Shown: positions 20,153 through 30,212 of the stretch, one piece after another
How positions within the stretch are numbered: the first letter of the stretch is position 1
How the letters are laid out: the number at the start of each line of letters is the position of its first letter
Translations under genes and position numbers: made by a program
Notes under the pieces: generated by a model
Databases searched by the model: none
Told to the model about the DNA's origin: nothing
What the model saw: the letters and a program-made list of their open reading frames with translations, nothing else
Source: Pseudomonadota bacterium
Lineage (GTDB): Bacteria > Bdellovibrionota_C > UBA2361 > OMII01
Length of the DNA stretch: 64,000 nt
Direction: 5' to 3'
Assembly (NCBI GenBank): GCA_039799965.1
Contig: JBDLRS010000111.1
Location: 60,394 to 124,393 of the forward strand

Positions 20153-20662
20153 ATGGCATCACATAAGAAACTCGTTCTGATTGGGTTTATGGCGTCGGGC
20201 AAAAGCGCCGTAGCGTCGGCCCTAGCCTCAAAACTAAACCTGCCGCTCGTCCAAGTTGACGAGGAGATAGTGTCCCGTTCCGGATATCCGACCATTCCGG
20301 CGATCTTCGCGGACAAGGGAGAGGCTCATTTTCGAGCCCTTGAAGCCGAGGTCGCAGCCTCACTTAAGGATGCTCCCGACATCGTTATCTCGACCGGTGG
20401 AGGCATAATCACCCGCGACGCAAACATGACCAACCTCAAGGAGAACGGTGGAACGATCGTGTACCTTCGAACATCATTCGAGACCGTTACACAGCGCGCG
20501 GGAGACCTCTCTACTCGCCCCCTCTTCGCAAACAAAGCAAACGCCCTTGAACTATACGAACGAAGGCTCCCCATCTACGAACGCTACGCCGACATCATTA
20601 TCGATACCGATGGCCGCTCGATTGATGCAGTTTGCTCCGAGATTCTCACCAAGATAAGGTAG
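20153..20662 (+). CDS. aroK: shikimate kinase
   Basis: ORF 20021..20662. ATG 20153 gives 'MASHKKLVLIGFMASGKSAVASALASKL' (P-loop); 'STGGGII' also present. Confidence 0.85.
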   Translation: MASHKKLVLIGFMASGKSAVASALASKLNLPLVQVDEEIVSRSGYPTIPAIFADKGEAHFRALEAEVAASLKDAPDIVISTGGGIITRDANMTNLKENGGTIVYLRTSFETVTQRAGDLSTRPLFANKANALELYERRLPIYERYADIIIDTDGRSIDAVCSEILTKIR

Positions 20663-20667
20663 AGTAC

Positions 20668-21498
20668 ATGCAGGTAGAGATCTCAGCACGTTCATCACTC
20701 TGCCTCATTATTGGGGCCCCCGTAAGCCACAGTCTCTCTCCCGCCATGCACAATGCCGCCTATGCCGCGGCACACCTCCCCTTCATAATGGCCGGAGCGC
20801 ACGTTAGAGCGGAGAGCCTCCCAGACGCTATCAAGGGGATGCGAGCGCTCGGCATTCGGGGGCTCGCTGTCACCATGCCGCACAAGGTAGCGATCATGAA
20901 GCTGCTCGACGAAGTAGATCCGGTCGCCGCTACGATCGGAGCGGTAAATACGGTGGTCAACGAGAACGGAAAGCTCACCGGCTACAACACAGATTGGCTC
21001 GGCATCCTTCGCCCACTTGAACAACGAACCTCCCTTGAAGGAAAAAAAGTCGCTCTCCTCGGAGCCGGAGGTGCTGCCCAAGCGGCGCTGTACGCCTGTT
21101 CAACACATCGAGCCGCAGTCACGATCTTTAACCGCTCCATCGACAAAGCTGAATCGATCGCGGAACGATTTGGTGCGTCCGTTCTCCCTCTAGAGAGGAC
21201 AGAGGAGCTTTCAGCTTTTGACATCATCATCAATACAACCTCCGTCGGCATGGCGCCCGATGTGGACGCTTCGCCCGTGCCGGAGTCTGCCCTCGCAAAA
21301 GATCAGATCGTATTTGAAACGATCTACGCTCCCATCACCACCAAACTTTTACGTTTAAGCGCGCATGTTGGAGCGGATACCATCTCCGGACTCGACATGT
21401 TCCTTGAACAAGGCGTCGCCCAATTTCATCTTCATACCGGTGTCAAGGCTCCCCGAGCGGAAATGGAAAAGATTTTAAGAAACTCGCTTGGGGCGTGA
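20668..21498 (+). CDS. aroE: shikimate dehydrogenase
   Basis: ORF 20632..21498. ATG 20668 follows AAGGTAGAG. 'SHSLSPAMHNAAY', 'GAVNTV', 'GYNTDWLG', 'LLGAGGAAQA'. Confidence 0.85.
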   Translation: MQVEISARSSLCLIIGAPVSHSLSPAMHNAAYAAAHLPFIMAGAHVRAESLPDAIKGMRALGIRGLAVTMPHKVAIMKLLDEVDPVAATIGAVNTVVNENGKLTGYNTDWLGILRPLEQRTSLEGKKVALLGAGGAAQAALYACSTHRAAVTIFNRSIDKAESIAERFGASVLPLERTEELSAFDIIINTTSVGMAPDVDASPVPESALAKDQIVFETIYAPITTKLLRLSAHVGADTISGLDMFLEQGVAQFHLHTGVKAPRAEMEKILRNSLGA

Positions 21499-21669
21499 CC
21501 AATGTCATACTTTTTCGTATACTTTGCCCCCTTGAGTGAAGTTACGAAGACGTTACTCCACTGAGGTATTTTGAAGTGTATTTTCGCTATCCGCCGGTCG
21601 CTGCCTGAACTAGAAAAGCTCATCTCGGAGCGATAGTTCACAAGGTTCAATCGGTGAGGCTCTCCTGCT

Positions 21670-22362
21670 ATGTGCGCTCAACGAGTCGATAATAAGTACT
21701 GCCTCCCCATCATCAAACCTACCCGAGCTGAGGTCGAGGAGGTTCTCAAAAAGAATATCAATAAGTTTCGATACGCCGAGGTGTGGCTGGATTACGTCGA
21801 AGATATCGATCCAGGATTCGCCGCCTCTCTAGTCGGTCAATATCCGAACAGACTCGTGATGGTATTCCGTCGACGGAACCTCGGCGCGATGAAGATCAAC
21901 CCGGAGACCCGTTTTAAGATCATTAACACCCTGTCTCGCAAACAGGTGCTCGTTGACATGGATATCACCGTCCAGGCGGACGACATCAGTCGGCTTCAAG
22001 CCGCCCGAATTCCCGTGAAGAGCATCCTCTCCTACCATAACTTCTCGCAGACCCCCTCCGATACCGTGCTTCGCTCAATCGTGGCCCGCATGAAGGGGTG
22101 GAACGCGCATATCATCAAGATAGCGACCCACTGCTCAACTCAGCGAGACGCGCTTAGACTTCTCTCGCTTCTGATAGACCTTCGGGAGTCTGGTCACAAA
22201 AGCATCGTTCTCGGCATGGGCAAGAACGGGGTTATCACCCGTGTTTTCGGCTCAGTATGGGGTAACGAGATGGCGTTCGCTCCGATTGAGGCCGCTAACC
22301 GCTCCGCCGCAGGACAGATAACGGTCGACAAACTAGACTCGATCATGCAGGCGCTTGGGTGA
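21670..22362 (+). CDS. aroD: type I 3-dehydroquinate dehydratase
   Basis: 230-aa ORF. '[11 protein letters not shown]' and 'IIKIATH' (Schiff-base Lys context) are typical of type I DHQase. Confidence 0.75.
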   Translation: MCAQRVDNKYCLPIIKPTRAEVEEVLKKNINKFRYAEVWLDYVEDIDPGFAASLVGQYPNRLVMVFRRRNLGAMKINPETRFKIINTLSRKQVLVDMDITVQADDISRLQAARIPVKSILSYHNFSQTPSDTVLRSIVARMKGWNAHIIKIATHCSTQRDALRLLSLLIDLRESGHKSIVLGMGKNGVITRVFGSVWGNEMAFAPIEAANRSAAGQITVDKLDSIMQALG

Positions 22363-22387
22363 TACACTTCTCCCCTCGGGAGGACGT

Positions 22388-23473
22388 ATGGCCGGAAATT
22401 CATTTGGAGAGCTCTTTAAGATAACTACCTTTGGGGAGTCGCATGGTGGAGCAGTCGGCGTTGTTGTCGATGGCTGCCCTCCAGGCCTCGAGATTTCAGA
22501 GGTAGATATTCAAGGGCAGCTCGACCGCCGTAAGCCCGGACAGAGCGATATCACCACTCCTCGCAAGGAGGAGGACACTATCCACATCTTGAGCGGCGTC
22601 TTTGAGGGGTACACAACCGGCACCCCGATCATGATGCTCGCGTATAATAAGGACCAACGCTCTGAGGACTACAACGATCTTCACAAAGCGTTTCGACCTT
22701 CGCACGCGGACTTCACCTACCTCTCAAAATACGGACTCCGCGATTGGCGCGGCAGTGGTCGAGCATCCGCGCGAGAAACTCTCGGACGGGTCGCCGCCGG
22801 TGCCATTGCGCGTAAGTTCTTACGCGAGAGCCTGGGTATCGAGATCCTAAGCTACGTTGAGCAGGTCGGCGCCATTCAATCGAACGTGAATCATGATGAG
22901 GTAACTCAGGAAGCGGTTGATGCAAACATTATCCGATGCCCTGACCAAAACGCCGCCACCAAAATGATCGATCTCGTGCGCGAAGTAATGGCGGATGGAG
23001 ACTCAATTGGCGGTATCATTCGATGCGTTATTCGCAACGTGCAGCCGGGACTTGGAGAACCGGTATTCGATAAACTTCACGCGGACCTCGGCAAAGCGAT
23101 GCTCAGCATCAACGCGGTGAAGGGCTTTGAGATCGGACTAGGCTTTAACGCGGTACACCTCCGTGGCAGCGAGCACAACGATCCCTTCGTAGTTGGAGAG
23201 GCCGGCGAAGTTACGACCGCTACAAACAACGCCGGTGGCGTGCTCGGTGGCATCTCGACCGGCAACACGATCACCTTCCGAGTCGCCTTCAAACCGGTCG
23301 CCACGATTGGTAAAGAGCAGGACACCGTGACCACCGATGGTCAACCAACAAAGCTCGCAGCGTCCGGACGTCACGACCCCTGCGTTCTTCCACGAGCGGT
23401 ACCGATTGTCGACGCGATGGCGGCATTAGTGCTTACGGACCATGTGTTGCGGGATAAGGCGCAGAATTTATAG
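22388..23473 (+). CDS. aroC: chorismate synthase
   Basis: ORF 22355..23473. ATG 22388 follows GGGAGG. '[33 protein letters not shown]', 'GRSSARET'-like 'GRASARET', 'GRHDPCV'. Confidence 0.9.
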   Translation: MAGNSFGELFKITTFGESHGGAVGVVVDGCPPGLEISEVDIQGQLDRRKPGQSDITTPRKEEDTIHILSGVFEGYTTGTPIMMLAYNKDQRSEDYNDLHKAFRPSHADFTYLSKYGLRDWRGSGRASARETLGRVAAGAIARKFLRESLGIEILSYVEQVGAIQSNVNHDEVTQEAVDANIIRCPDQNAATKMIDLVREVMADGDSIGGIIRCVIRNVQPGLGEPVFDKLHADLGKAMLSINAVKGFEIGLGFNAVHLRGSEHNDPFVVGEAGEVTTATNNAGGVLGGISTGNTITFRVAFKPVATIGKEQDTVTTDGQPTKLAASGRHDPCVLPRAVPIVDAMAALVLTDHVLRDKAQNL

Positions 23474-23659
23474 GCAGCTTGGCTAACATGCGTTCGACGA
23501 GGGAACGACCACAGAAACACCTGCTTTTACTGAGAGAGGTATCGGTCCGCATTCCCGTTCGACCACGTTGAATAGCCAAACCCGCGATGATACCGTTCCC
23601 CCCATGCAAATCTCCGTCTCAACCCCGCAGAGCCTCGGTTATTCAACCCTTACTGTCTA

Positions 23660-24964
23660 TTGAAGATCTCTCTCATGACTAAACGCACCGCATTAATCGT
23701 TCTTGTCGCAGCCCTGGGATACTTCGTTGATGTCTTTGACCTCGTACTCTTTAGTGTGGTTCGGTCTCAAAGCCTCAAAGACCTTGGAATCTCGGGAGAC
23801 GGTCTCCTCACCGAGGGCGTTACGCTCCTCAACGCGCAGATGTTCGGCATGATCCTCGGTGGTGTTATTTGGGGCATACTTGGTGACAAAATTGGTCGCG
23901 TTCAAGCCCTTTTCGGCTCGATCCTTACCTACGCTTTGGCGAACATAGCGAACGGTTTCGTCACAAACGTGGAGCAGTATGAGGCGCTTCGCTTCATATC
24001 AGGGTTAGGACTCGCTGGTGAGATCGGAGGGGCGATAACCCTTGTAGGAGAGGTCTTGTCCAAGGAACGACGAGGTATCGGTATGGCCCTTGTTTTAACG
24101 GCCGGAGCTCTCGGAGCCGTAGTCGCAAGTTACTCAACGCACCTCTTTCATTGGCGCACTATGTATTACATCGGCGGAGGTCTCGGCCTAGTCCTCCTTG
24201 CGCTACGCATGGCGGTATCGGAATCCTCAATCTTCGCCTCGATCAAGAGCGATGAGACGATCAAACGGGGTAGCCTCGCCCTTCTCTTCACCAACCGGGA
24301 CCGTGTGGCTCGATTCATCGCTCTCGTGTTGATTGGTGCTCCCTATATGTTCTCATGGACGATTATCGTCACATTTTCCCCAGAGATAGCTCAAGGCACA
24401 TCCGGCTTCGTCGGTTTGAGTAGCGCAGTTCCGATCTCCCTTTTCGCTATCGGCGCTACGGTTGGCGATATCGCCTCAAGCCTTACCAGCCAATACTTTA
24501 AGAGCAGGAAGGCAGTATTGACGTACTTTCTTGTCGCGCAAAGCGCGTGCATCCTGGGAATTGTGCACCTCAACTTCGGGCAACCCTGGATATTTAACGC
24601 GTGGTTTTTCCCGATAGGATTCTTCGGTGGTTTCTGGGCGGTATTAGTGACCACAGCCTCTGAACAGTATGGGACGAATCTCCGCACAACCGTGACGTGT
24701 ATGATCCCCAACTTCATCCGCGGAACCACCGTCGTCTTGAGCTGGAGCTTTCTCGCGCTCAAGACATCTGTTGGAATTTTAAGCGCGATTCACATCATGA
24801 CCGGCGCTCTGACCCTCATCGCATTGCTAGGCGTCCGAACGATCCGAGAGAGCTTTGGCATACACCTCGCCTTCGTCGAGGTTCAAGAAGGGCAAAAAAC
24901 TAACGATCAAGTCATCGCTGCTCAGCGTGTCGAAGGTGAATTTAAACAAGTGAACGGCCGGTAA
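23660..24964 (+). CDS. MFS transporter
   Basis: 434-aa ORF with about 12 hydrophobic segments. 'GDKIGR' loop after TM2 is typical of MFS. Start is TTG 23660 or ATG 23675. Confidence 0.8.
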   Translation: MKISLMTKRTALIVLVAALGYFVDVFDLVLFSVVRSQSLKDLGISGDGLLTEGVTLLNAQMFGMILGGVIWGILGDKIGRVQALFGSILTYALANIANGFVTNVEQYEALRFISGLGLAGEIGGAITLVGEVLSKERRGIGMALVLTAGALGAVVASYSTHLFHWRTMYYIGGGLGLVLLALRMAVSESSIFASIKSDETIKRGSLALLFTNRDRVARFIALVLIGAPYMFSWTIIVTFSPEIAQGTSGFVGLSSAVPISLFAIGATVGDIASSLTSQYFKSRKAVLTYFLVAQSACILGIVHLNFGQPWIFNAWFFPIGFFGGFWAVLVTTASEQYGTNLRTTVTCMIPNFIRGTTVVLSWSFLALKTSVGILSAIHIMTGALTLIALLGVRTIRESFGIHLAFVEVQEGQKTNDQVIAAQRVEGEFKQVNGR

Positions 24965-25000
24965 GCTAATAAAACGAAAAACTGACCCAGGTAAAGAGGG

Positions 25001-25400
25001 TCCGCACCAGAGAGAGGTCGAGCGGTAAGCGGGATTCTGTTCAGAGTCCTTGTGGGACCGTGTGATCATTCATCTCGGCTTACCGTTGCCGATAAGCTCT
25101 AGCGACGCTACCCGAAGGCTCGTCGCGGGTCGCGACGTTCCACGTTGCCGTAAAAAGCCTTCCTATTCGGTCTTGCTTCAGCTGGGGTTTACCAAGCCAC
25201 GGAGTCACCCCCGTGCTGGTGAGCTCTTACCTCACCGTTTCACCGTATCCTACCCTCTCAGGTAGGTCGTCTTCTTTTCTGTGGCACTTTCCGCCGATCA
25301 CTCGGCGCCGCCGTTAACGGCCAACTTACCCTATGAAGTCCCGACTTTCCTCTCAGGTGTTACCCCAAGCGATCACGCACTCAACCTCTCTCTGCTGGGG
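25001..25400 (-). ncRNA. rnpB: RNase P RNA (bacterial type A)
   Basis: On the minus strand: 'GAGGAAAGTCGGGAC' (rc of 25338-25352) and 'ACAGAATCCCGCTTACCG' (rc of 25023-25040) are the two P4 strands. 'GGTGAAACGGTG' is present. P1 pairs rc(25380-25398) with rc(25005-25022). Confidence 0.9.
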
Positions 25401-25433
25401 ACCTTTTGATGGGAGTCCCTTGAAGATAGTCCC

Positions 25434-26159
25434 CTACTCTGCCGCTAATCGCAGAATTCGTCCACAGCCGGGGCATTTTACCACATCTTGGCGGGAAACC
25501 TGCACTATCACCTGCGGGCCTAATTTCATGAAACATCCTGAGCAGCTATCTCTATGTGCCACCTCAACCACTGGATTTGAAGGAAATCTATCGCGGATGC
25601 GATTGTAGGCGATCAGAACGGTTTGTCCAGCGAGCTGCGCGGCGTGTTCCGTTCGCTCTTTAGTGAGGGCCATCACGTGCTCCTCAAGTGCTTTGATCGT
25701 CTCCGATGACTCTTTGTGCAGTGCGGAGAATTCATCGTTGAGACCGTTAATAACACCGGTCATATCAGCGACCTCCTTTTCAAGGGTCTCTATCTCCCGC
25801 ATCAGTCCAAGCAGGAGATCTTCGCGTTGTCCGATCTGCTTGGCGGTATAGTCGATCTCTCGCTCCGCGGCCTGTTGCAACTTGTAATTGTTGAGGGTGT
25901 TAAGCGCGGCGCGACGTTCGTTGATCTTATCACGCTCAGCTTTGACGCTCTTTTCCTCCTTGGCGCACAGGGTCTTCTTGTCAGCAAGCACCCTCTCACG
26001 CATCCCTTTCTTCGCATCATGCGAGGCGATGGCCTGTTTCCTGCTTTCAAGATCGCTCTCCAACTTTTTCTTGCGGGCTGACATCGTCGCTATTTGAACA
26101 TCGAGTTTGCTAAGCTGGATGATGATCGAAAGAGCGGCAGGAGCTGGAGCGTCTGACAT
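25434..26159 (-). CDS. coiled-coil protein with C-terminal C4 zinc ribbon (COG1579-like)
   Basis: ORF 25434..26225; ATG 26159 is likely. Long heptad-rich region, then 'CSGCFMKL......KCPGCGRIL'. Confidence 0.75.
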   Translation of the reverse strand: MSDAPAPAALSIIIQLSKLDVQIATMSARKKKLESDLESRKQAIASHDAKKGMRERVLADKKTLCAKEEKSVKAERDKINERRAALNTLNNYKLQQAAEREIDYTAKQIGQREDLLLGLMREIETLEKEVADMTGVINGLNDEFSALHKESSETIKALEEHVMALTKERTEHAAQLAGQTVLIAYNRIRDRFPSNPVVEVAHRDSCSGCFMKLGPQVIVQVSRQDVVKCPGCGRILRLAAE

Positions 26160-26327
26160 GTGACCTCTATCACGGGGGTGGTCCCTTGATACTATGAGTA
26201 AAGAACCCATAGTATCAATTACCAAGATGACTTAGGGGAGAGAAAGGACGCAGAATATACCCAAGATTCAGACGTAAGGGTTGCACGCCCCGAGGGTTAA
26301 GTTGTACAACAGCATTCTCTTTCGTAT

Positions 26328-26360
26328 GGCCCTATAGCTCAGTTGGTTAGAGCGGCCGGC
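26328..26360 (+). pseudogene. orphan duplicate of the 5' 33 nt of the downstream tRNA(CAU) gene
   Basis: 26328-26360 is identical to 26452-26484 (acceptor 5' strand, D-arm, 5' anticodon stem). No matching 3' half follows. Confidence 0.8.
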
Positions 26361-26451
26361 GATTATTCCCTCCGGGGGCTTTTCCTCTCGGAAAAGGAGC
26401 CGGCCCAGTAGCAAACAGCTGAGGCCTACGATACACTTTGGATTCTCTCGT

Positions 26452-26528
<77 letters not shown>

Positions 26529-26622
26529 ATTAGTTCGCGGAGTTGCCCGCTCCTTACAAACTCGGCGATGGAGGAATGTTCCAAAAATGTTCCATCCCAT
26601 CGCCATTCGTAAGGAGATTTAC

Positions 26623-27714
26623 ATGGCGAGCTACAGAAAGCGGAAGAACAAGGACGGTACCTTTAGTCATCAGTTCAGGATTCGAAGAAAGGGGTATCCA
26701 TTGGTCACGAAGACCTTCGAGCGGAAGACCGACGGCGAGGCCTGGGTACAAGAGACCGAGACATCCATGCGAGCCGGAAAGTTCAACTTCGACTCCTTCT
26801 CCTCCGAGATAACCGTAGCCGAGCTGATTACTCTCTACGTCAGCTCTCCCGACTTCCAGAAGCGAAAGTCCAAGCACTCACCTATCCAGACTCTTGACTG
26901 GTGGAAGCAGAAACTCGGGGCCCTCCCAGTGAAGAACCTGTGCCGCCCCGTCATTAAGAGGCAGTGGATGGAGCTTGAAAGAACCCCATCAGCGAGAACC
27001 GGGAGGCCACTAACTAACCGCACCTTGAACTCGTATCTTGAGACGTTCTCTGCCTGCCTCTCCCATGCTGTAGCGGAAGAGTTACTCGACGAGAACCCAG
27101 TGCTCAAGATACGGCGTAGACCGCTGGATAACGCTCGCGAGCGCGTCCTGTCGTCCGATGAGCTAAGACGTCTTCTCGATGCCGCCTCCCAATCCTCGAA
27201 CCGCTACCTGAAGACAGCAATACTGATGAGCCTTTCCACTGGAGGACGTCGAGGCGAAGTCATGGGCCTAACGTGGAGCGACGTAAGCCTCGAAACGGGA
27301 GAAGTAAGGTTCCGCCTAACCAAGTCGGGGAAACGCCGCGTGGTCGTTCTCGGAAGCTCCGCTCTTCAAGCTTTGCGCGAACACTCGAAGCTTCGCTCTC
27401 TGACCAGTCCGCTCATTTTTCCGCCTCTCAAGGTACGACGTATGGGAACGAAACACGTCCCCTGGGAAGACCTTAAGGCGCCCTTTTATCGGGCGTGTAA
27501 GCAGGCGGGGATCAGTGACTTTCGCTGGCACGACCTCCGCCACAGCGCCGCATCTTTCCTCATCATGTCGGGAGCGACTATTGAGGAGGCGATGAAGGTT
27601 CTCGGCCATCAAAGTGCGGCGATGTCGTGGCGCTACGCGCATCTCGACACCAGAAGAAACGCCGAGCTGGCGAGTCGCGTGGACGATAACTTCTTGGCCC
27701 AAGCTGTAGCGTAA
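26623..27714 (+). CDS. int: tyrosine-type integrase
   Basis: ORF 26587..27714. ATG 26623 lies 7 nt after AAGGAG. Catalytic signature 'GGRRGEV', 'HDLRHSAASF', 'LGHQSAAMSWRYAH'. Confidence 0.9.
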   Translation: MASYRKRKNKDGTFSHQFRIRRKGYPLVTKTFERKTDGEAWVQETETSMRAGKFNFDSFSSEITVAELITLYVSSPDFQKRKSKHSPIQTLDWWKQKLGALPVKNLCRPVIKRQWMELERTPSARTGRPLTNRTLNSYLETFSACLSHAVAEELLDENPVLKIRRRPLDNARERVLSSDELRRLLDAASQSSNRYLKTAILMSLSTGGRRGEVMGLTWSDVSLETGEVRFRLTKSGKRRVVVLGSSALQALREHSKLRSLTSPLIFPPLKVRRMGTKHVPWEDLKAPFYRACKQAGISDFRWHDLRHSAASFLIMSGATIEEAMKVLGHQSAAMSWRYAHLDTRRNAELASRVDDNFLAQAVA

Positions 27715-27718
27715 TTGT

Positions 27719-28669
27719 ATGAACTTCGCTGATGACCTCGACCGCTATGAAACCATAAAAGAGGTCATCAGCGATCAGCTCTATCGAAAGCGAATTTTTT
27801 CCAGCAACCTTCTCGGCCCGACCCTTCCGCTCACGGAAATGACCTCTGATCCGACCAACCAATTTATTCGGGCGGTCGAGGACTTCTTGATCAACGATGT
27901 CACCTGGATACTATTCCGACAATGCCGCGAGCTTCTAGTTGGTGACAAAGCTCCGACAGGTGTCATTCTCGCGGCGTGCCGCGATATTCTGATCAACTTA
28001 TCCCCAAGCAAAAAGAAGGACCTTGCTAGAAGATCCTATGATCCAGAGCACAGTTTTGACGAGGAGACCGAGGGCGACTCCGACAAGCTGATCAAAAGCC
28101 ACCGTTACTCGCGCCTTATTCGTGCGATTGAGAACCAACAAGAACTGCCCAAGGTTGACTCCAACGGATTTCCCCACATCGCCCTACCCGAGCAACTTAG
28201 GACAGGAGCAACTGTTTACGAACTTGCAGAGTTTGAGTTTGATTGTTGGCTGCTCTCTGCTTTACCGTCGGCGATCGACCACCTTCCCAAACTCGATTAT
28301 TTTAGCCACGGGAAACTACGACCAGGAGAAGCCTCCAGCGCCATAAACCAACTATTAAGCGAGGCACGTCGCCCTCTCGCAGATACCGTAAAGGAGAGCC
28401 TTTCAGCGGTCAAAGTGGTCTCGAAGCGCAGCCCTTCGCAAAGAAATAAAAACAACAAAGCGGCCTGGGAGAAGATCTTCAAGGCCTATGACAAAAACAA
28501 AAGCGGCCAGAAACCCCAGTCCGCACGGTTGTTTTATCGACGCGTGGCAGTTCCAATAATCGAAGATTGCGGGGCGCAGCTATCCGAGGCAACGGTGTGC
28601 AATCGCCTGGCAGAACGAGAAACGAAGAAGAGAAGACAGTTTACTCCTAAGCAGAGTAAACGCAGGTAG
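27719..28669 (+). CDS. island hypothetical protein (316 aa, Lys/Arg-rich C-terminus)
   Basis: Long ORF starting 4 nt after the int stop. No recognisable motif. An 8-bp perfect hairpin at 28704-28723 follows it. Confidence 0.55.
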   Translation: MNFADDLDRYETIKEVISDQLYRKRIFSSNLLGPTLPLTEMTSDPTNQFIRAVEDFLINDVTWILFRQCRELLVGDKAPTGVILAACRDILINLSPSKKKDLARRSYDPEHSFDEETEGDSDKLIKSHRYSRLIRAIENQQELPKVDSNGFPHIALPEQLRTGATVYELAEFEFDCWLLSALPSAIDHLPKLDYFSHGKLRPGEASSAINQLLSEARRPLADTVKESLSAVKVVSKRSPSQRNKNNKAAWEKIFKAYDKNKSGQKPQSARLFYRRVAVPIIEDCGAQLSEATVCNRLAERETKKRRQFTPKQSKRR

Positions 28670-28896
28670 CCCCCACCTCTCGCCCCATAATTCTACTGTG
28701 ATCTAGGGCTCCTATGAGCCCTATAAAAATACCTATTACTCACGTCTCGGAGTAAATCGACGACCGCCTAGCTTCGTGATGATCCTACCCCCCATCGAGG
28801 AGCGGGCAACTCCCCGTGCGTTCTCCGATGGGCTAGCGACTACCTCGTTATCCGTGCGGAGGACGCCATTTTCTCTTCATTACGTCGAGGAGCGTT

Positions 28897-29142
28897 ATGA
28901 ACCACCAGCGAAACTATCTGAGTTTTAACCAAGTAATTGAGTTGTACCCAATCTCACGCGGAGCACTGCGGCGATATCTTTTGAACCGGGAGCAGAACGG
29001 GCTCGCGTCCGCAATCATAAGACCCCGGCGAAAGCTGATCATTCATCGGAAGCGATTTGAAGCTTGGCTCGAATCGTTCTCGGAACGGACTTGCAGCACG
29101 ACCCAAACGGTGAACAAATCTTCCAAGGGGGGCAAGCGATGA
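28897..29142 (+). CDS. small HTH DNA-binding protein (AlpA/excisionase-like)
   Basis: 81-aa ORF. 'LSFNQVIELYPISRGALRRYL......RKLIIHRKRFEAWL' fits the Xis/AlpA-type winged-HTH pattern. Its stop overlaps the next start (ATGA at 29139-29142). Confidence 0.55.
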   Translation: MNHQRNYLSFNQVIELYPISRGALRRYLLNREQNGLASAIIRPRRKLIIHRKRFEAWLESFSERTCSTTQTVNKSSKGGKR

Positions 29143-30212
29143 GCAAAACACGACGCCTCCAGTTACAATACGAAGAACGGCTAAGGCTTCTCCCGGTCCC
29201 AGGATACGGAAGAGGCTTTCATCAGCAGATTCTCGGAGTAGCAAACCTCGCGAGAAATCTTCGCCTTCCTCCTAGCAGGGTGTTTGCGGACATTAGCCGA
29301 GTGGCGAATCAGGCCGAAGGACTCGCCTCCCGCAACATTGAAGCCGAAATATGTCAGGCGATCGACAAGGCCTACGGGTTCGAGGTTCCCGGCACGCGGA
29401 CAGTTCCAGGCGTACACAGAGCGACAGCAGCGAAGCTTGCCCGACCCAACAGGCCCAAAGCACGAGCGGCAACAGTTGGTGTCGATCCTGAGGAACAAGC
29501 GGCTCGGAGAGCCGAGATTCACCAGGGAAAGGTGGTGTCTGAAGAACTTTTAGCGGCGTTGTCGCCGGTGTCAGTACCGGCACCCGGGGGGACCATCAAT
29601 GAGCAGGCACTGACCCTGTTTGCGGAGATCTTCAAACCCGACGACCACGTATTCATCGGATGCGATCGAGATTCCTACTCACCGTTCACGGTGCTGCAGC
29701 TGACTCGCGCATTCCGCAAGAAACCAAACGTAGCGAACCGCTTTCCTTTCGTCATTCCGAATGTGCTGACGGGTAGCGTCGGTGAGACCAAAAACGGAAG
29801 GCAATCCTATCGAGCCGACAGCTGTGTCGAGCATGCCCACATCATGTGTGTGGAGTTCGACGGAGTGTCGCTGGCAGAACAGCGGTCATTCTTCGCCTGC
29901 GTGTCTCTACCAATCGTTGCGTTGATCTACTCCGGATCGAAAAGCATTCACGCATGGGTGGACCTCAAACGGGCCGGTCGAAGCCAACGGGGGTTGACCT
30001 ATCTCGAATGGGAGGAGGTCGTGACGAACGGCTACAAGCCACTGCTGGTTGCTTTTGGAGCGGATCCGCAAACCTTTAACCGTAGTCGGCTATCGCGGCT
30101 GCCTGGTCACTTCCGCTATGAGAAAGGTCAGTATCAGCGGTTGCTTTATCTCGACCCGAAACCCAATGGTGCTCCCATTATCTTACGAACGAACGGAGGC
30201 TCTCATGTGTAG
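29139..30212 (+). CDS. primase-like replication protein (AEP/RepB'-like, tentative)
   Basis: ORF 29064..30212; ATG 29139 is coupled to the upstream stop. 'IMCVEFDGVS', 'YSGSKSIHAWVDL' and 'NRSRLSRLPGHF' resemble AEP-type primase motifs I/II and the R-x-PG motif. Confidence 0.45.
   Translation: MSKTRRLQLQYEERLRLLPVPGYGRGFHQQILGVANLARNLRLPPSRVFADISRVANQAEGLASRNIEAEICQAIDKAYGFEVPGTRTVPGVHRATAAKLARPNRPKARAATVGVDPEEQAARRAEIHQGKVVSEELLAALSPVSVPAPGGTINEQALTLFAEIFKPDDHVFIGCDRDSYSPFTVLQLTRAFRKKPNVANRFPFVIPNVLTGSVGETKNGRQSYRADSCVEHAHIMCVEFDGVSLAEQRSFFACVSLPIVALIYSGSKSIHAWVDLKRAGRSQRGLTYLEWEEVVTNGYKPLLVAFGADPQTFNRSRLSRLPGHFRYEKGQYQRLLYLDPKPNGAPIILRTNGGSHV

Noticed and set aside
25050-25608. ORFs 25050..25265 and 25333..25608 (+)
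   Set aside because: They overlap the RNase P RNA gene and the 3' end of the zinc-ribbon gene. The rnpB identification (both P4 strands and P1 pairing) explains the region.
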